Notes under the pieces: model-generated
What the model was told of the DNA's origin: nothing
The model's input: only the letters and a program-made list of their open reading frames with translations
The model's database searches: none
Position numbers and translations under genes: made by a program
In this document: piece by piece, positions 26,457 through 36,214 of the stretch
Numbering within the stretch: the stretch's first letter is position 1
Layout: each line of letters starts with the position of its first letter
Source: Acidimicrobiales bacterium
GTDB lineage: Bacteria; Actinomycetota; Acidimicrobiia; Acidimicrobiales; SZUA-35
DNA length: 64,000 nucleotides
Reading direction: 5' to 3'
Assembly: GCA_047638695.1 (NCBI GenBank)
Contig: JBLINY010000003.1
Span: forward strand, 21,035 to 85,034

Positions 26457-27814
26457 AGCAGCTGGCTCGCCATTGCCATCAACGTACGCTCGCTACCTTG
26501 CCGAGCGGCCAGCTGAACACCCATCGGTCGTTTGGCGGGGTGGCCTGGGGCCGGAATGCTGAACGCGGGCCAGCCGGCCACGTTGAACAAGAAGCTGTAA
26601 GGGAAGGTCTCGTCATTGAGGCGGAGGTACTCGTCCATTGACGAAATTTCGCCCGCAATCACGCCCAAGGGAATGGTTGATCGGCCCAACGTCGGCGTGA
26701 GCAGGACATCGAATGAGGCGAGCGACTGATCGAGCCGCCAGGTCACTTCGCCTTGAGTCTCCTGGGCGGCCGAGATGTCGTCGACCGTCAGGTTGTCGAC
26801 CTCGTCGAGCAGGCTGAGCGTCAGAGGTTCGAGCGTCTCTGCGTCTGCCTTCCGACCCGTTGCCGCTTCGAGTGTTCGTACATCGCGGGCAACCCAGCGA
26901 CTGAAGAGCGGGTGCCACGCCGACATCAGCTGTTCGTTGTCGACCGGTTGGTCGATGTGCTCGACCGAATGGCCAAGATGTTCGAACACTGCGGCAACGC
27001 CGAGGGTGGCGGCGACCACGTCCGGATCCGGGTCGGTTCCAGCCCAATGGTCGACCGACACCGCAACACGCAACGCGGACGCGGCGGAGACGCCGGTCGC
27101 ACCTGCTCGTTCGGGGTGAAGCACGCTCCAAAAGAGTTCGGTGTCTCGCAGCGATCGCGTGACCACAAACTCTTCGGCGATTCCGCCCCAGCCACCATGG
27201 GCCCAGGGCACGGCCCGGCGGCTGGGCTTGAGGCCATACAGACCACAGGCGGCAGCCGGGATTCTGATCGACCCGGCGCAATCACTGGCATGAGCGGCAG
27301 GAACGACCCCGGCCGCAACCGCCGCCGCTGCACCACCAGAAGATCCGCCGGCCGACACGGTTGTGTCGAGCGGGTTGCGGGTGGCTCCGTGCACCCTCGA
27401 CTCGGTGGACCCGTGTTGAATCAGCTCGGGTACCGCACTTCGACCGAGCACATGGATTCCGGCAGCCTGAAGGCGGTGGTAATACTCGCTGGTGGTGCCT
27501 GGCCGATTACCGGCAGCCAAACGCGATCCCATTTCAGTGAGACGACCAGCTTCGCTCGATCCATAGTCTTTTCGTAGGAAGGGAACCCCGGCAAGAGGTC
27601 CCCATCTGAGATCGGACCCTGTTGCTTCGGGCCCGAGCGGACCAACCGGGCTGGTGGGATCGTCGTACCACTCGACGACCGCGTTGATCGTTGCGTGCGT
27701 CGCCCGGTATTGGTCGGTGGCGGCCTGTCTCACCTCGCTGACGGTCGCGTCGCCTGTTCCTACAAGTGCAGCTAGCGCAGTCGCGTCGAGTGTGGCGTAC
27801 TCCTCCGCGTTCAC
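26453..27814 (-). CDS. amidase-signature family amidase (indoleacetamide-hydrolase-like)
   Basis: GGSSGG...SIRIPAA signature. Start set at GTG 27814, 1 nt after the upstream TGA. The ORF-track N-terminal extension overlaps the upstream gene and is not credible. Confidence 0.85.
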   Translation of the reverse strand: MNAEEYATLDATALAALVGTGDATVSEVRQAATDQYRATHATINAVVEWYDDPTSPVGPLGPEATGSDLRWGPLAGVPFLRKDYGSSEAGRLTEMGSRLAAGNRPGTTSEYYHRLQAAGIHVLGRSAVPELIQHGSTESRVHGATRNPLDTTVSAGGSSGGAAAAVAAGVVPAAHASDCAGSIRIPAAACGLYGLKPSRRAVPWAHGGWGGIAEEFVVTRSLRDTELFWSVLHPERAGATGVSAASALRVAVSVDHWAGTDPDPDVVAATLGVAAVFEHLGHSVEHIDQPVDNEQLMSAWHPLFSRWVARDVRTLEAATGRKADAETLEPLTLSLLDEVDNLTVDDISAAQETQGEVTWRLDQSLASFDVLLTPTLGRSTIPLGVIAGEISSMDEYLRLNDETFPYSFLFNVAGWPAFSIPAPGHPAKRPMGVQLAARQGSERTLMAMASQLL

Positions 27815-27815
27815 G

Positions 27816-29495
27816 TCAGTCTTCGAGCTCGAGCGGGCCGATCTTGGCAAAAACGTCGCCGGGACCGCGGTTGTCCTCTGGGGTCGAACCGCCGAAGTGG
27901 CGAAGCACGCCCCACACCGCATTGAGCGCCGTGGTGACGGCACCTTCGGCCCATCCTGGTGTCCACGAGACATCGTCGCCGGCCAGGAAGATGCCCCGTT
28001 GCTCGGCCGGCAAATCGTCCTGCATGAAGTGGGCGTACATCCGACGGTTGTAGCGATAGTGACCGGGCAATGCACCCTTGAAGGCACCAAGGAAGTCGGG
28101 GTCGGCCTCCCACGAGACCGTGATGGGCTCACCAATCACGTGACCTCGAATGTTGGTGGCGGGATAGATCTTCTCGAGTGTGTCGAGGGCTAGCGCCGCT
28201 CGTTCGTCTGCCGACTTCGGCAGTACCTTCAGGGCATCGCTCATCCAGGCGTACGAAAGACAGATAACACCCGGCTTGTCGGGCCCATTGTCGAAGAGAT
28301 AAGTACCCCGGGTGTTGCGGTCGGTCAGCGTCATGCTGAGCTCGGGTTTGCGAGTGACGGAATTGATCTCGTTCCAGAACGGTCGATCGACCATCACGAA
28401 CGTCTTTGACGACTGCATGTAGCGGGTTCGGTCGAGGGCCATCCACAGCTTGTACGAGAACAACGACTCGTCGACATCGATATTGGTCGTGAGCAGCCAG
28501 CTCTGCGTCGTCACGACCGCGGCGTCAAAGAGATGACCGTTGCCCCAACGGTCGGTGATGTTCAGCCGGCCGTTCTTGCCCCGACCAATCGATGCGACCC
28601 GGGGCCGGGGAGCGCCAGCATGCAGCTTGGAAAGTGAGGTGCCGGGTTCCCAATGAGCGAGCGATTCTGGTTCATGGGTCCAGAGCCCACGGGGCAACTG
28701 TTCGACGCCACCAACGACGAGCCGCTGGTTCTCCTCGAACTCTGACATGACGACCCGAAAGATTTCGAGCATCGAATTCGGGAAATCCGAATCCCAGCCG
28801 CCGGTGCCAAAGCCGACCTGACCAAAGATCTCGCGATGACGGTAGGAAAGTGCCCGGAACGAGCGTGACGATGACACGAAATCCCAGAACGAGCGGTCGT
28901 CCCACTCCTCGACCAGCTTGCTCCAGAGCCTCTGAATAGTGGCGGTGTCTCTCGCGGCAACAGCCGTCTTGAGAGCGGGAATCCCGGCATCTTCGAGCGC
29001 GGCCTCCCAAGCATCGGCAACCTGGCCGAAGATCTCGGGGAGGTCCTCGATCGTTTCGGCGAGGTGCGTTTCGCCCTCGATGTCAACGACGGTGGTCGGC
29101 GCCGCCTCGGTGAGGGGGTTGGGGAACGGCTTGGTCTCGAGGCCGAGTAGATCGAGGTAGTGATAGAAGGTGGAACCGGATGTCGGAAAGCGCATGGCTC
29201 CGAGTTCGGCCACGATCTCGGGCATGGCGCTGAAAGACTCCGAGCGAAGCCGGCCCCCGAGGCGACCCGCTTCAAAGACCACCGGCTTGAAACCGAGCTT
29301 CATCAGCTCATAAGCCGCTACCAGTCCGGCAATACCGGCGCCTACGACCGCGACCTCGGCCCCTCGGGCGCCAGGGGGGAGGGAGCCAAGTCCAGATGAG
29401 TGGGCGATCCAGTTCGAGTGACCAAAAGGAAAGTCGGGGCCGAACGCGCTCAACGGCTGGTCGGAAGCGCTGGCTGATTGTCCGGTCACCACCAA
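27816..29495 (-). CDS. flavin amine oxidase family, amino-acid 2-monooxygenase-like (IaaM/DavB-like)
   Basis: 559 aa with the dinucleotide motif VAVVGAGIAGLVAAYEL..FEA..GGR. Its size matches the Trp and Lys 2-monooxygenases. Confidence 0.7.
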   Translation of the reverse strand: MVVTGQSASASDQPLSAFGPDFPFGHSNWIAHSSGLGSLPPGARGAEVAVVGAGIAGLVAAYELMKLGFKPVVFEAGRLGGRLRSESFSAMPEIVAELGAMRFPTSGSTFYHYLDLLGLETKPFPNPLTEAAPTTVVDIEGETHLAETIEDLPEIFGQVADAWEAALEDAGIPALKTAVAARDTATIQRLWSKLVEEWDDRSFWDFVSSSRSFRALSYRHREIFGQVGFGTGGWDSDFPNSMLEIFRVVMSEFEENQRLVVGGVEQLPRGLWTHEPESLAHWEPGTSLSKLHAGAPRPRVASIGRGKNGRLNITDRWGNGHLFDAAVVTTQSWLLTTNIDVDESLFSYKLWMALDRTRYMQSSKTFVMVDRPFWNEINSVTRKPELSMTLTDRNTRGTYLFDNGPDKPGVICLSYAWMSDALKVLPKSADERAALALDTLEKIYPATNIRGHVIGEPITVSWEADPDFLGAFKGALPGHYRYNRRMYAHFMQDDLPAEQRGIFLAGDDVSWTPGWAEGAVTTALNAVWGVLRHFGGSTPEDNRGPGDVFAKIGPLELED

Positions 29496-29561
29496 AATCT
29501 ACGAGCACCACAGCGACAACCGGTCGAGGGGCGGCGATGGTCGGCCATGCGCGAGGGTCGT

Positions 29562-30476
29562 CTAGAGCGGCAAGATCTTGGTGCTGTCCAGGTACCCGAG
29601 CTCCAGCAGTTCGGTGCGGGGAACAACCCGCTCGAGTTCTTGGCGAATCGGCTCGATGTCGGTCGGGGCAGAGAAGCCAGGCATCCAGTTGTCGTGATGA
29701 GTCAGCACCACTTTCCCCGGGCGCAACAGATCAGCCTGTCGACCAATGAACTGAGCAAGCGAACCCTGGATGGGCTCGCCATCGATGTTCCCGCGACCCG
29801 CTGCGCCCAACAGCGCCACATCGGGGCGCAGATCGCGCAATACCCCAGACCAGTGGCCCGAGGTGTCCTGGAACAGCACCGACCCGTCAGGTGTCTCGAA
29901 AACGAACACCAACGCTCCCCCATCACCCCGGTCGCTGTGACCGGGAGAGCTCTCGGCCAGATGAGCGCCGGCCGCATCACCAAGCCCACTGAGGTGGGCC
30001 ATCAACGCCTTGAATCTGACCTTCTGCTCCTGCCAGGTGACGCCCAGATCGCCGAGACATACCTCGCCCGGTCCTTCCATGGCTGCATGTGACCAAACGC
30101 ATGAATGCTGGCTTGGGTACACCGACACGGTGACGCCAGCACCGAGATCGATGGTCTCGCCACCGGCAACGCAGATCATGCGATCGAGCGGCACACCTGC
30201 CTCTTCCATCACCCTGGCCGACTCATAGCTACAGATGAGCGTGGCGTTGGTGTTGGCAACAATGCGCTCGGCGCCATAGAGATGATCGAAGTGGGAATGG
30301 CCGACCACCACCCAGTCGCAAACATCAACGGTGTCGGCGTTGAGCGGAACACCGTCGGCGTCGGTGGGGCCTTCGGCCCCTTCCATTCGGTCGATGTAGG
30401 CATCGAGGAAGATGGTGAGCCCCGCCGTCTTCAGTCGGAAAGTGGCACAGCCGTACCAGTCGAGTGTGGTCGTCAT
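29562..30476 (-). CDS. MBL-fold metallo-hydrolase
   Basis: Start set at MTTTLDWYGCATF. HSHFDH metal motif. Confidence 0.8.
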   Translation of the reverse strand: MTTTLDWYGCATFRLKTAGLTIFLDAYIDRMEGAEGPTDADGVPLNADTVDVCDWVVVGHSHFDHLYGAERIVANTNATLICSYESARVMEEAGVPLDRMICVAGGETIDLGAGVTVSVYPSQHSCVWSHAAMEGPGEVCLGDLGVTWQEQKVRFKALMAHLSGLGDAAGAHLAESSPGHSDRGDGGALVFVFETPDGSVLFQDTSGHWSGVLRDLRPDVALLGAAGRGNIDGEPIQGSLAQFIGRQADLLRPGKVVLTHHDNWMPGFSAPTDIEPIRQELERVVPRTELLELGYLDSTKILPL

Positions 30477-30486
30477 GGCCAGATCA

Positions 30487-31242
30487 TTACTCGAAGGTCG
30501 AGCGGGCGAGAAGTACGAGTTCGACCAGCTCGCCGCGCTCGGCATCGTCCAGGGCTTCGAAACCGCGGGAAGCAACTGCCGTCGTCATTTGTTCCGCCCC
30601 GGCCCGGGCCGCCTCGTCAGGTGCGGGATGTGGTGCGGTCCAGCCGAAGCGCTCGGCGCCGCTGGCGCCACCCCGAATTGGATCGGTGGCCCCGAACGAA
30701 ACGATGGCGCTCTGAGGTGTGAGGCCTGCCGCCTGGATGGCGCTGAGATGGGCTCCGCCCCGCATTTCGCGCAGTATCTGCATCACCATCGTGGCCGATC
30801 CGGCCGGATCAGCGGGCCGGTCGAGTTGGCGCCAGCCGGCGAAAAGAGCACCGCAGCTCGGCAGTGCCTGATCGCTCACCCGATCGGCCAGAGAAACGAG
30901 TCGCTCGAGTTGCCCGCTATCGACGTCGGCCAGAGCGTTCCTGCCCCAGTCGGCGCCGACCGACGCGTATTCGAGCGCGGCCCGCAGAGGCGGCACGTCT
31001 GAGGGCCGGGCGTTCCAATGCTCGGCCACCAGTTCGGGGGCCATAAATCCAATGGCGGCGGCGGCCACATCGGCCGAGACATCACCCATCGCTCCCGCCC
31101 TGCCGTTGACCCAGAAGCTGAAACCGGGAGCGAGACCGAGCTCGGATGCCCGTGCCTGGGTGCCTGGATCAGACATCCAGGCACGACCATATTCAAGGAT
31201 GGGGATGGCAGTTGCGTCAGAGGCTTCGGTCGCAGTGGTCAC
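30487..31242 (-). CDS. conserved actinobacterial helical protein (SCO6745-like), function unknown
   Basis: Resembles a family I recall with GF.FW.NGRAG..G and LRE.RG..H motifs. The start is uncertain (GTG 31242 chosen to avoid the divergent MFS gene). Confidence 0.5.
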   Translation of the reverse strand: MTTATEASDATAIPILEYGRAWMSDPGTQARASELGLAPGFSFWVNGRAGAMGDVSADVAAAAIGFMAPELVAEHWNARPSDVPPLRAALEYASVGADWGRNALADVDSGQLERLVSLADRVSDQALPSCGALFAGWRQLDRPADPAGSATMVMQILREMRGGAHLSAIQAAGLTPQSAIVSFGATDPIRGGASGAERFGWTAPHPAPDEAARAGAEQMTTAVASRGFEALDDAERGELVELVLLARSTFE

Positions 31243-31283
31243 ACCTTCGATCGTAGTAACGCATGAGCGGTGAGGCGTAGCGT

Positions 31284-32717
31284 GTGTTGGTGACAGGCGA
31301 TCAACCCAGAGATCCCACCAGCGATTCGGCGAGCGAACCAATTCCTCGAACCTCGTGGTTGGCCCTGATTGTCACCACCCTTGTCTTCTTCCTCGTTGTC
31401 ATCGACGTCTCGGCGGTGAATGTCGCCTTCCCCAGCATCGGCGACGACTTCGGCGTGTCAGAGTCCTCCCTCAGCTGGATCATCTCTGGCTACAACATCG
31501 TGGTCGCAGCATTCCTTCTGGTAGCTGGCCGCCTGGCCGACAGCCTCGGTCGGAAGAAGTTGTTCATTCCCGGAGTAGCGGTGTTTATGACCGGTTCGTT
31601 TCTGTCCGGCGCCGCACCGAGCGCAACCTGGCTGATCGCGGCGAGGGTCATCCAAGCCATCGGCGGTGCCATCATCGCACCCACCGCCATCGCCGTGATT
31701 CTCCCCGATTTTCCACCGAACAAGCGCAGCACCGTGATCGGCATCACGGGCGCAACTGGTGGTCTCGGCGCCGTAGCCGGCCCCGCAGTGGGATCGCTGC
31801 TGATCGATGTGTGGTCGTGGCGGGGCATCTTCTGGATCAACGTCCCCATCTGCTTGCTGGTTCTCGCCATCTCACCGAAATTGCTGCGCGAATCGAAGAA
31901 CCCGAACGCAACCGGAAAGATCGACTTCCTCGGTGTGCCGATCGGTACCGCCGCCATCGCCCTCATCATGTTTTCGATCGTGCAGAGCGAGCGGTGGGGC
32001 GTCACCGACCCGCGGGCTCTCGGTCTGTTCGTTGCCGGAATGGCGCTGATTCCGTGGCTGCTTCACCGATCAGCGAGGCACCCCGAGCCACTCATCGAGC
32101 TCGACCTCTTTCGCTACGCGTCGTTCCGATCAGTCAATGCTGGAGTCGCGCTCTATTCGCTGGCCTTCACATCGGGCTTCTTGGCCAACTCCCTCTTGTT
32201 GCAACGACTGTGGGGCCAGAACATCACCACCACAGGCAAGGCGCTCATTGCTGCACCGCTACTCTCAGCCGCCTTCGCGCCGCTGTCAGGCCGGCTGGCC
32301 GACCGCATCGGCCACCGTTGGATTCTCGCCGCCGGATCCGGCCTGTGCGGCTTCGGTTACCTGCTCTTCTACCTGTACCTCGATGGCGAACCGGCCGTGT
32401 ACACCCGCTATGTACCGATCAGTCTGCTGGTGGGTGTGGGCGTTGGTACGACCATTGCCACCTGGGCCAGTGCCGGCCTCAGTGATGTGCAGCCAGCCCA
32501 GTTCGGGACCGCCAACGCAACGCTGCGAACAACCCAACAGGTCTTCTACGCCCTCGGCATCTCAATCGTCGTGACGCTGCTGGCCGCCGGCACGGGGGCC
32601 GGTGGCCTTGAAGGATTCCAGTGGGCATGGCTCTTCGTCGCCGCGGCCTACGGCCTCAGCGCGATCGTTATTGCTATCACGTTCCCGTCTGGCAACAGCG
32701 ACGACCGACTGGCCTAG
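31284..32717 (+). CDS. MFS transporter (DHA2/EmrB-QacA type)
   Basis: 477 aa with 14 predicted TM segments and the motif GRLADSLGRKK. Confidence 0.85.
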   Translation: MLVTGDQPRDPTSDSASEPIPRTSWLALIVTTLVFFLVVIDVSAVNVAFPSIGDDFGVSESSLSWIISGYNIVVAAFLLVAGRLADSLGRKKLFIPGVAVFMTGSFLSGAAPSATWLIAARVIQAIGGAIIAPTAIAVILPDFPPNKRSTVIGITGATGGLGAVAGPAVGSLLIDVWSWRGIFWINVPICLLVLAISPKLLRESKNPNATGKIDFLGVPIGTAAIALIMFSIVQSERWGVTDPRALGLFVAGMALIPWLLHRSARHPEPLIELDLFRYASFRSVNAGVALYSLAFTSGFLANSLLLQRLWGQNITTTGKALIAAPLLSAAFAPLSGRLADRIGHRWILAAGSGLCGFGYLLFYLYLDGEPAVYTRYVPISLLVGVGVGTTIATWASAGLSDVQPAQFGTANATLRTTQQVFYALGISIVVTLLAAGTGAGGLEGFQWAWLFVAAAYGLSAIVIAITFPSGNSDDRLA

Positions 32718-32737
32718 GACGCAGACAATTTTCTGCC

Positions 32738-33889
32738 TCAGCGATGCCCCGGCGCCATGTAGAACCAGGCCGGATGAGGCCCGCCCTGTTTTTTGATGGC
32801 GGCACGCGCGGCCAACACCGTCTTTCCGGCCTCGGTCTGTTCGAAGTACCAGGCCTCGGCGGCTCGGCCGTCCGGCGGCGGGCCATCAACCAGCTCGAGG
32901 GCAGCCTCTTCGTAGTAGGTGCGGATGTCGTGACACATTGCCGTGGTGTTCTTGCCCGGGATTTCCGCCTCTTTCCAGTTGGCGCCATTGGCAATGTCCG
33001 CCAGCACCTGGAGGGCACCGGGAACCGCGTCGGCCTCCATCACCCGACCAACGGATGAGAATCCGCGTCGCTCGGCTGAACGGTCGTAGGCTTTTCGCAA
33101 CCCGTTGGCTTCATCGACGGCGGGCGGAAGGCTGGCGTCGAAGCGCGGCGGCAGCGAACAACTCAGCGGAACCTCTTCGGCCTCAATAACGGCCGGGTGG
33201 TCGACCAACACAGGACCATCAGCTTCGAGCAGAGCGAACGCCCGGCTAAGTACGTCGTGCTGGAACTCGGCGTCGCCCGGACGGCCAAGTGGGCGACCTA
33301 GTGGGAAGGCGCCGTACAGCGCACGAGGTGGTGCCATTCGTTCGGCGACCGAGCGGGTTGCAGCGAGGGTGACGGTGGCGATGCCAGCGGCCTCGAAAAC
33401 GTGGGCGAGCGTACACACGGTACGCGTGCAGAGGGGTCAAACGGGGGTGAGCAACACCACGTCGACGCCGTCGGCCTTCAACTGCGCTGCCGCTCGCGGC
33501 CCTGAGTCGAGGCGTACGGTGGCGACGTCGTCTGGCTGATTCCCGGCGAACGATGCGTGCCGCGGAGCGACCGCCCCTATCACGCCCGATGCTGCAAGCT
33601 CCTCGAGCCGGTCGATCGGGAACACAACGTTCAGGTCAATGGCAATCCCGGTGCGGTCGAAGTTCGGGCTCCAATGACCGAGCACAAGATCACGAGCATC
33701 GGATGGCAACAAGCGATATTCGGTGTCACCCGGTTGGAAGCCCTCGTCGCTTGATCGGTGCAGGGCCGCCGACGTCACGATGGCAACGGTGGCCTCACTC
33801 AGCGGCTTAGGGGTTACCCATGCCGGGTTGTCGAACACAGGGACCGAACCCTCGTCGCCAACCTTGCGCATCATCACATCACCGGACAT
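32738..33889 (-). CDS. GrdB-family (glycine/sarcosine/betaine/D-proline reductase selenoprotein B-like) protein with in-frame TGA (putative selenocysteine)
   Basis: ORFs 33437..34297 and 32738..33418 share one frame and are joined by ...VVLLTPV-TGA-PLCTRTVCTLAHVFEAAGIATVTL.... The upstream part has a GrdB-like PIDRLEELAASGVIG. The start is uncertain (ATG 33889; alternatives 33910 and 33874). Confidence 0.7.
33409..33425 (-). promoter_or_regulatory. candidate bacterial SECIS hairpin
   Basis: On the minus strand, 11 nt after the UGA: GCGUAC-CGUGU-GUACGC. This is a 6-bp stem with a 5-nt loop containing GU, and the loop starts 17 nt after the UGA. Confidence 0.5.
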
Positions 33890-33937
33890 CGAGCACCTCG
33901 TTCGGTTCATCGTTCGGCGCCCAGTAGGGTCCGCCGA

Positions 33938-34699
33938 ATGTCCAGCCCAGGAAAGCACATCCTCATCACAGGCGCAGGTTCCGGGTTCGGTCGCGGTGCC
34001 GCCTTGGCGTTGGCTGAGCGAGGTCATCACGTGATCGGCGGATGTATCAATACCGGCGAGGCCGCCGACCTGGCGGCAACCCACGAGAACATCGATGGTC
34101 GCAAGCTCGACATCACTGACATGGCAGACGTTGCCTCGGTCGCGGACCTCCAGGTCGATGTGTTGCTCAACAACGCGGGGCGGGGCCAGCTGGGGCCACT
34201 TGCCGACGTCCCGATGGATCTGGTTCGCCAGGTCTTCGAGGTGAACGTCTTCGGCACTATGCAAATCACGCAAGCGGTGTTGGCCGGTATGAAGCAACGC
34301 AAGAGCGGACGGGTCATCACCGTGTCATCGATCGCCGGCCTCTCGAGCGGCGCGCTCTCGGGCCCGTACGCCATGACGAAGCATGCGCTCGAGGCGTTCT
34401 GCAAGTCACTAAGAATCGAGATGGAGCCCTACGGCATCGAGGTCTGCAAGCTCAATCCCGGGCCTTACGCCACGGGCTTCAACGATGCCATGGTCGACGG
34501 TGTCGACGAACAGCTCGCTCCCGCCGCTGATGTGACCGAACTCGAGCTGGCCGCCGGCACCCGCACCCGCATGCTCGGCAACCAACTCGATCCGCAAGAG
34601 GTCGTCGACGCCATGGTGCATCTGTGCACCGCCGCCACCGTGCCCTTCGAGACGTTCAAGCCCGACAACATCCTCGAGCGCTACGGCATCACCCGCTAA
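33938..34699 (+). CDS. short-chain dehydrogenase/reductase (SDR)
   Basis: Start at MSSPGKHILITGAGSGFGRG. Classical SDR YxxxK (YAMTKHA). Confidence 0.85.
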   Translation: MSSPGKHILITGAGSGFGRGAALALAERGHHVIGGCINTGEAADLAATHENIDGRKLDITDMADVASVADLQVDVLLNNAGRGQLGPLADVPMDLVRQVFEVNVFGTMQITQAVLAGMKQRKSGRVITVSSIAGLSSGALSGPYAMTKHALEAFCKSLRIEMEPYGIEVCKLNPGPYATGFNDAMVDGVDEQLAPAADVTELELAAGTRTRMLGNQLDPQEVVDAMVHLCTAATVPFETFKPDNILERYGITR

Positions 34700-34715
34700 C
34701 CCGTCACCCGCTAAC
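34689..34715. repeat. tandem duplication of the SDR stop region (2 copies, 15-bp period)
   Basis: tcacccgctaac at 34689 and 34704. Both copies include TAA. Confidence 0.8.
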
Positions 34716-34768
34716 AAGGGCGAAAACAAGAACTAAGCCCGACCAGATTTTGGGCCGATACAAGGCCC

Positions 34769-35173
34769 ATGCGATCGCTTCACGTATGGCTGGCCATGGT
34801 GGTCGCCTTTTCCGTTGGCTTCTTCGCTCTCGCGTCGTCGGGCCTGGAAGTCGGCTTTTCCAACCTCGCCCTTTTCTGGCTCACCGTCGTCATCACCCTC
34901 ATGTGCGCCGCGTTCGCTCTTGGGCTGCTCGCCATAGCCCGCCACGTCGACCAGCCTGAACTGGGTGTCCTTGCCGCGGCGCTCTTCGCTACCTCGCTGT
35001 TTCCGTTCGTTCACGGACTGAACATCCCCGGTGTACTGACACCAGCAGAAACGGGAGCCACCACCTTCACTGCATGGGTGGCCTTGCCGGCAACACTACT
35101 TTTGGCCCTTCCCTCACTGGTCGACAACCGACTGGCTCACAAGGTGCTCAAACACTGGCGGCCCTACTCCTAG
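34769..35173 (+). CDS. membrane protein (4 TM), in frame with the following HD-GYP gene
   Basis: 134 aa, hydrophobic. Ends at TAG 35171-35173. The next ORF starts 4 nt later in the same frame. Confidence 0.55.
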   Translation: MRSLHVWLAMVVAFSVGFFALASSGLEVGFSNLALFWLTVVITLMCAAFALGLLAIARHVDQPELGVLAAALFATSLFPFVHGLNIPGVLTPAETGATTFTAWVALPATLLLALPSLVDNRLAHKVLKHWRPYS

Positions 35174-35176
35174 GGA

Positions 35177-36214
35177 GTGATGACAGCGGTGGTCGCTGCG
35201 ACCGTGTTCCTCATCTTCGAGCCGAACTCGGTGCCTGCAGCTCGCCCTGATGCCATTTGGACCGTCGCTGGGGCCGCCGTCAGCTTCGTCGGCGCCCAAG
35301 CATTGGCGTATCGGCAGGTTCGGCTCTTCGAGATCGGCCGTCGCAAGCCTTCGTTCGTCGCCGCAGTCGGATTCTCGTGGATCGGCATGTCCAGTCTGTT
35401 CTGGTTCATCGGTATGCCCAGCACAGCAGTGGTTTGGGCCGCTCACCTGCTCGACGGCCTTGGCGTGCTCGGCGCCGCCGTTGGCATGGCCCTCGCCCAC
35501 CGAAACGACCGATCGATCACAAACGTGCTCGCACCTGTACTCAACCGAGATCCGGCCGTCGCTCTTCGCCTCGGCCTCACTCCGCAGATCGCCGACTTCG
35601 TTTCGTCACTCGAGGCCAAGGATCGCAACACCGCCGCCCACGTCACTCGCGTCGGAGAGCTAGCCATGCGGCTGGCCGAGCGAGCCGACATCGGCGGCGA
35701 ACGGCTGCGAGCCATCGGGCTCGGTGCCCCTCTCCATGACATCGGCAAACTCCGGGTGCCCGATGCCATCCTGACCAAGCCAGACAAGCTCACTGACGAT
35801 GAGTTCGACACGATGAAACAGCACACAATCTGGGGAGCCGAATTGCTGGCCGACGATTCGATCCTGGCTCCGGTCGCCACGCTGGTTCGGAACCACCACG
35901 AACGGGCTGACGGTCGGGGTTATCCCGATGCGCTCCGAGGTGAACAGATTCCGCTGGATGTGAGCATCATCAGTGTCGCCGACGCCTGGGACGCCATGGT
36001 CCAGAGTCGGCACTACCGCCAAGGGATGAGCGAGGAGAAAGCCCGTTCGATCTTTAGCGAACACGCTGGCTCTCAATGGGCAACCGAAGCGGTCGATCTG
36101 CTCATGGCTCAACTTGATGATGACAGCTCGCTCGAAGGTCTGTTCGCAGATTTGATCGGTGAACCAGCCGCTCCGTGTTGCAGTGAGACCATCGCCGCGC
36201 TTACGGCGAGCTGA
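35177..36214 (+). CDS. membrane-anchored HD-GYP domain phosphodiesterase
   Basis: About 4 N-terminal TM segments, then HD (HDIGK) and HHERADGRGYP motifs. Confidence 0.85.
   Translation: MMTAVVAATVFLIFEPNSVPAARPDAIWTVAGAAVSFVGAQALAYRQVRLFEIGRRKPSFVAAVGFSWIGMSSLFWFIGMPSTAVVWAAHLLDGLGVLGAAVGMALAHRNDRSITNVLAPVLNRDPAVALRLGLTPQIADFVSSLEAKDRNTAAHVTRVGELAMRLAERADIGGERLRAIGLGAPLHDIGKLRVPDAILTKPDKLTDDEFDTMKQHTIWGAELLADDSILAPVATLVRNHHERADGRGYPDALRGEQIPLDVSIISVADAWDAMVQSRHYRQGMSEEKARSIFSEHAGSQWATEAVDLLMAQLDDDSSLEGLFADLIGEPAAPCCSETIAALTAS

Noticed and set aside
32738-34297. Canonical glycine/betaine/sarcosine reductase complex
   Set aside because: Only a GrdB-family gene is present. No grdA (the second selenoprotein), grdC, grdD, grdE, prdA or thioredoxin/thioredoxin reductase genes are adjacent. 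I therefore call it an orphan GrdB-like protein only.
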